DNA from: Trichoplax adhaerens
Taxonomy: Eukaryota > Animalia > Placozoa
Assembly (NCBI RefSeq): GCF_000150275.1
Contig: NW_002060961.1
Span: 1-64,000, forward strand
Direction of reading: 5' to 3'
DNA length: 64,000 bases
The position numbers and the translations under genes are program-made. The notes below the pieces were generated by a model that did no database searches, was not told the origin of the DNA, and saw only the letters and a program-made list of their open reading frames with translations. Below are positions 61,601 through 64,000 of this stretch, one piece after another (the stretch's first letter is position 1; each line of letters opens with the position of its first letter).

Positions 61601-63714
61601 AAAAATACCATACTATCAATTTAGTTAGTATTATTTAATTCGTGATGGACTTTAAAATCAAGGAGGTACAGTTAAGTTATGAAGGATACTGCTCTACGAT
61701 AACAAATATGACTATTTGACATAAATAATAGCACCTGCCTTATGGATTACCTATTGGATATTATCACTTGAAATATTACAGTGTAAAGCCGTCAACATAT
61801 CAACTTCAGCAAACTCACATCATACGTGATATTAATTCTACGAAGTAATCGTAGCTAATGAAGGCTTCTTATTCCGTTATTAACTTATTAATCTTGATAG
61901 AACAATAGTGATAATCTCGATTTTCAGATAGTCAACAATGTCTACTACTTTACAATAGTTTTTCGGGTGAAAAAGATGGAACAAAGTCTGTCTTGTAGCG
62001 TGTCTAGACAATAGACCGGATCTTAACTTTAATGTAAGCAATGGTAAAATAATAGTATTGCTAGCAAACACTGACTATTTTTTTTATATCTGGTTGTAAT
62101 TGGCATTTATAAATTCTTACAAGGTTGATCGTTATTCAGTCATCACTACCGATTTTAAATATGCTCGTATTTGTTGGAGAAACTTGCATCTCATCTCCTA
62201 ACCCTTTGTTATCACTATCCTGCGGCTTTTTAGCTGTTCCAAATTTTATCTGTAATGAAGTTCATTATTAAATATAGCAATAAAATTAAATTTAAGCTAT
62301 GTATAACTATCTTAATTATTGATGCTTTAATCCTTTTCTAACTCTTTCAAATATTGTTCCTTTTTTATTTTACTCATTCAGAGTTGGATTACCAAAAAAA
62401 TCACTTCTACTGAACGACTACAAGTTGAAATTACCATTTCAGTAACTATCAAAAATAGTCAATATTCCTAAAGTGTAAGTTAATCGAATACTAATGATAT
62501 AAATCTAATGCCTGTGTTTCCTTATAAATTGTCCTCATTGTCTATTTGATCACACCTAGTATGGTAGGTTATCGTTAGTGGTTTAGTCTTATTTCACAGT
62601 TAACTAATTTCTTGCATATCATAATTTTAATGCAATTATGAAACACTTGCTTATTATGTGATCTTCATCCTATCCGATTTATAACATAGTAATTTTGATA
62701 TTGCTAAATATTTTAATAATTGATAAGATTATAACTGAACTGTTTTATTGTGTAAGTACTGAACAACATTTTTGATATCTTCCATTGCAATTTAGAATAT
62801 TGTCGAAATAGTTTGTTAATGTAATAGCAGAGTATATAAAATGCTAATAAAATTACAAATAATCAGTTGCATTATTCTCTAGAGTAACTTGTTACATCAG
62901 TGGACGTTGATAGTGCAATAGAGATGCTAATATTCTGTACCATATTACTGAAAATATAGTTAAACTTCGTTGTGTATTTTCCTGAAATTAAATACGTGAT
63001 ACCGAAAAGAGTAGTTTAAGAAATTTTTTCAGTAACTAAGAAATGATAAGAGTATTCATAATTTAAATGTACCCGAGATTTGGTTTAGTCAAGTTATTAT
63101 TTTCATCTTTAGTGCTAACTGTATCATCAGGTCTGTTTGCAATCTTAATTTTACTTAAGGCGTGTAGAACTGTGTAGTACTTGTGTACAGTATCTTCTTA
63201 GCTTCGGTTTATTCTGTAGACTAATTTATTTTTTTTATTTGACAAATATATTCCATTAGATATTGATATTTAGTGATCAGATAAGGGTGATTTTATCTGT
63301 TACGTGATGCATCATCGTGTACTAACTTAAGTTGCACGAAGCTTACTGTAACATTTTTTCTTCTGTCGCAGTATCTATATAATAATAACTATGTGTTTAA
63401 CTAATCTAGGTGCAGAGCGGAAAATATAACGCTTAAATTTGTCCTCCAATAATTGATTTAATTTAACGGTGCATCTAAAATCCGGTGAGAGAGATTCATA
63501 GTTAATGAAGATACTTGTTTATCATCCAGGAAGATACTTTATAAATTGCAATTCTGTAAGTACTAATATATTCTCTATTTGCAGAGTATTTGAAGCGAAG
63601 TATCCGTTCCAGGATCGTTATAACATAAAGAGTATCAATCAGTTCTGCCTTAACTTATTTTTCTTTACCGATTTGATTGTTGCAAATCATCAAAAGCTTT
63701 AACGTTATAACATC

Positions 63715-64000
63715 ATGAGCAATAATACTGTTGCCAATCCGCCTGAGATAATATATCCTTTAAATGGCTTTGACATTGGCTTTCTAGTTATGTGTGGTTT
63801 AACGTTAATAACCAACGTTGTTGGTTTAATAATATTGATATCAGGCAGGCAACGCTTGAAGGGTCCTTCCTATAACATTTTAATTAGTTCTTATGTATCC
63901 TGCATACTTGTGGCCATATGGTATGAAATTTTCGACGTACTGGTGCAAAAACAAGTTCCCAATGTCTATATCAGAGGCCTTATTTGCAACTTTGGCGGCT
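63715..64000 (+). CDS. Class A GPCR, N-terminal part (TM1-start of TM3), runs off window
   Basis: Open frame MSNNTVANPPE..FLVMCGLTLITNVVGLIILI..LKGPSYNILISS..GLICNFGG: NxT site, TM1 Asn, ICL1 PxY, TM3 Cys. Missing from the ORF track, probably because no stop lies in the window. Confidence 0.8.
   Translation, partial: MSNNTVANPPEIIYPLNGFDIGFLVMCGLTLITNVVGLIILISGRQRLKGPSYNILISSYVSCILVAIWYEIFDVLVQKQVPNVYIRGLICNFGG

Overview
AT-rich eukaryotic DNA with short GT-AG introns. The gene set, the intronless short GPCR array and the 500-N gap suggest an early-branching animal, probably a placozoan (Trichoplax-like); this is inference. 1-25 kb: a minus-strand tandem array of nine intronless rhodopsin-class GPCR copies. 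Three are intact; six are dead through LTR insertion, frameshift, nonsense change, start loss or deletion. They are interspersed with solo-LTR-like, Helitron-like and palindromic insertions. 26-44.5 kb: WDR55 (+), CYFIP (-) and DCAF6 (+), with CYFIP and DCAF6 head-to-head. 45-63.5 kb: a gene-poor tract of degenerate tandem repeats, one long hairpin and eroded coding-like relics. A further GPCR (+) starts at 63715. The best candidate for an undescribed system is a RIP-like process: repeated and LTR DNA shows recurrent CpA>TpA / TpG>TpA changes and a strong TpA excess. A second signal is pervasive Tc1/mariner-type excision footprints (TA-CAG/CTG/CAGTG-TA), which are polymorphic between paralogues and piled up in the CYFIP-DCAF6 promoter. 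A scrambled synaptotagmin-like C2 relic lies in DCAF6 intron 1. All counts are approximate hand counts.
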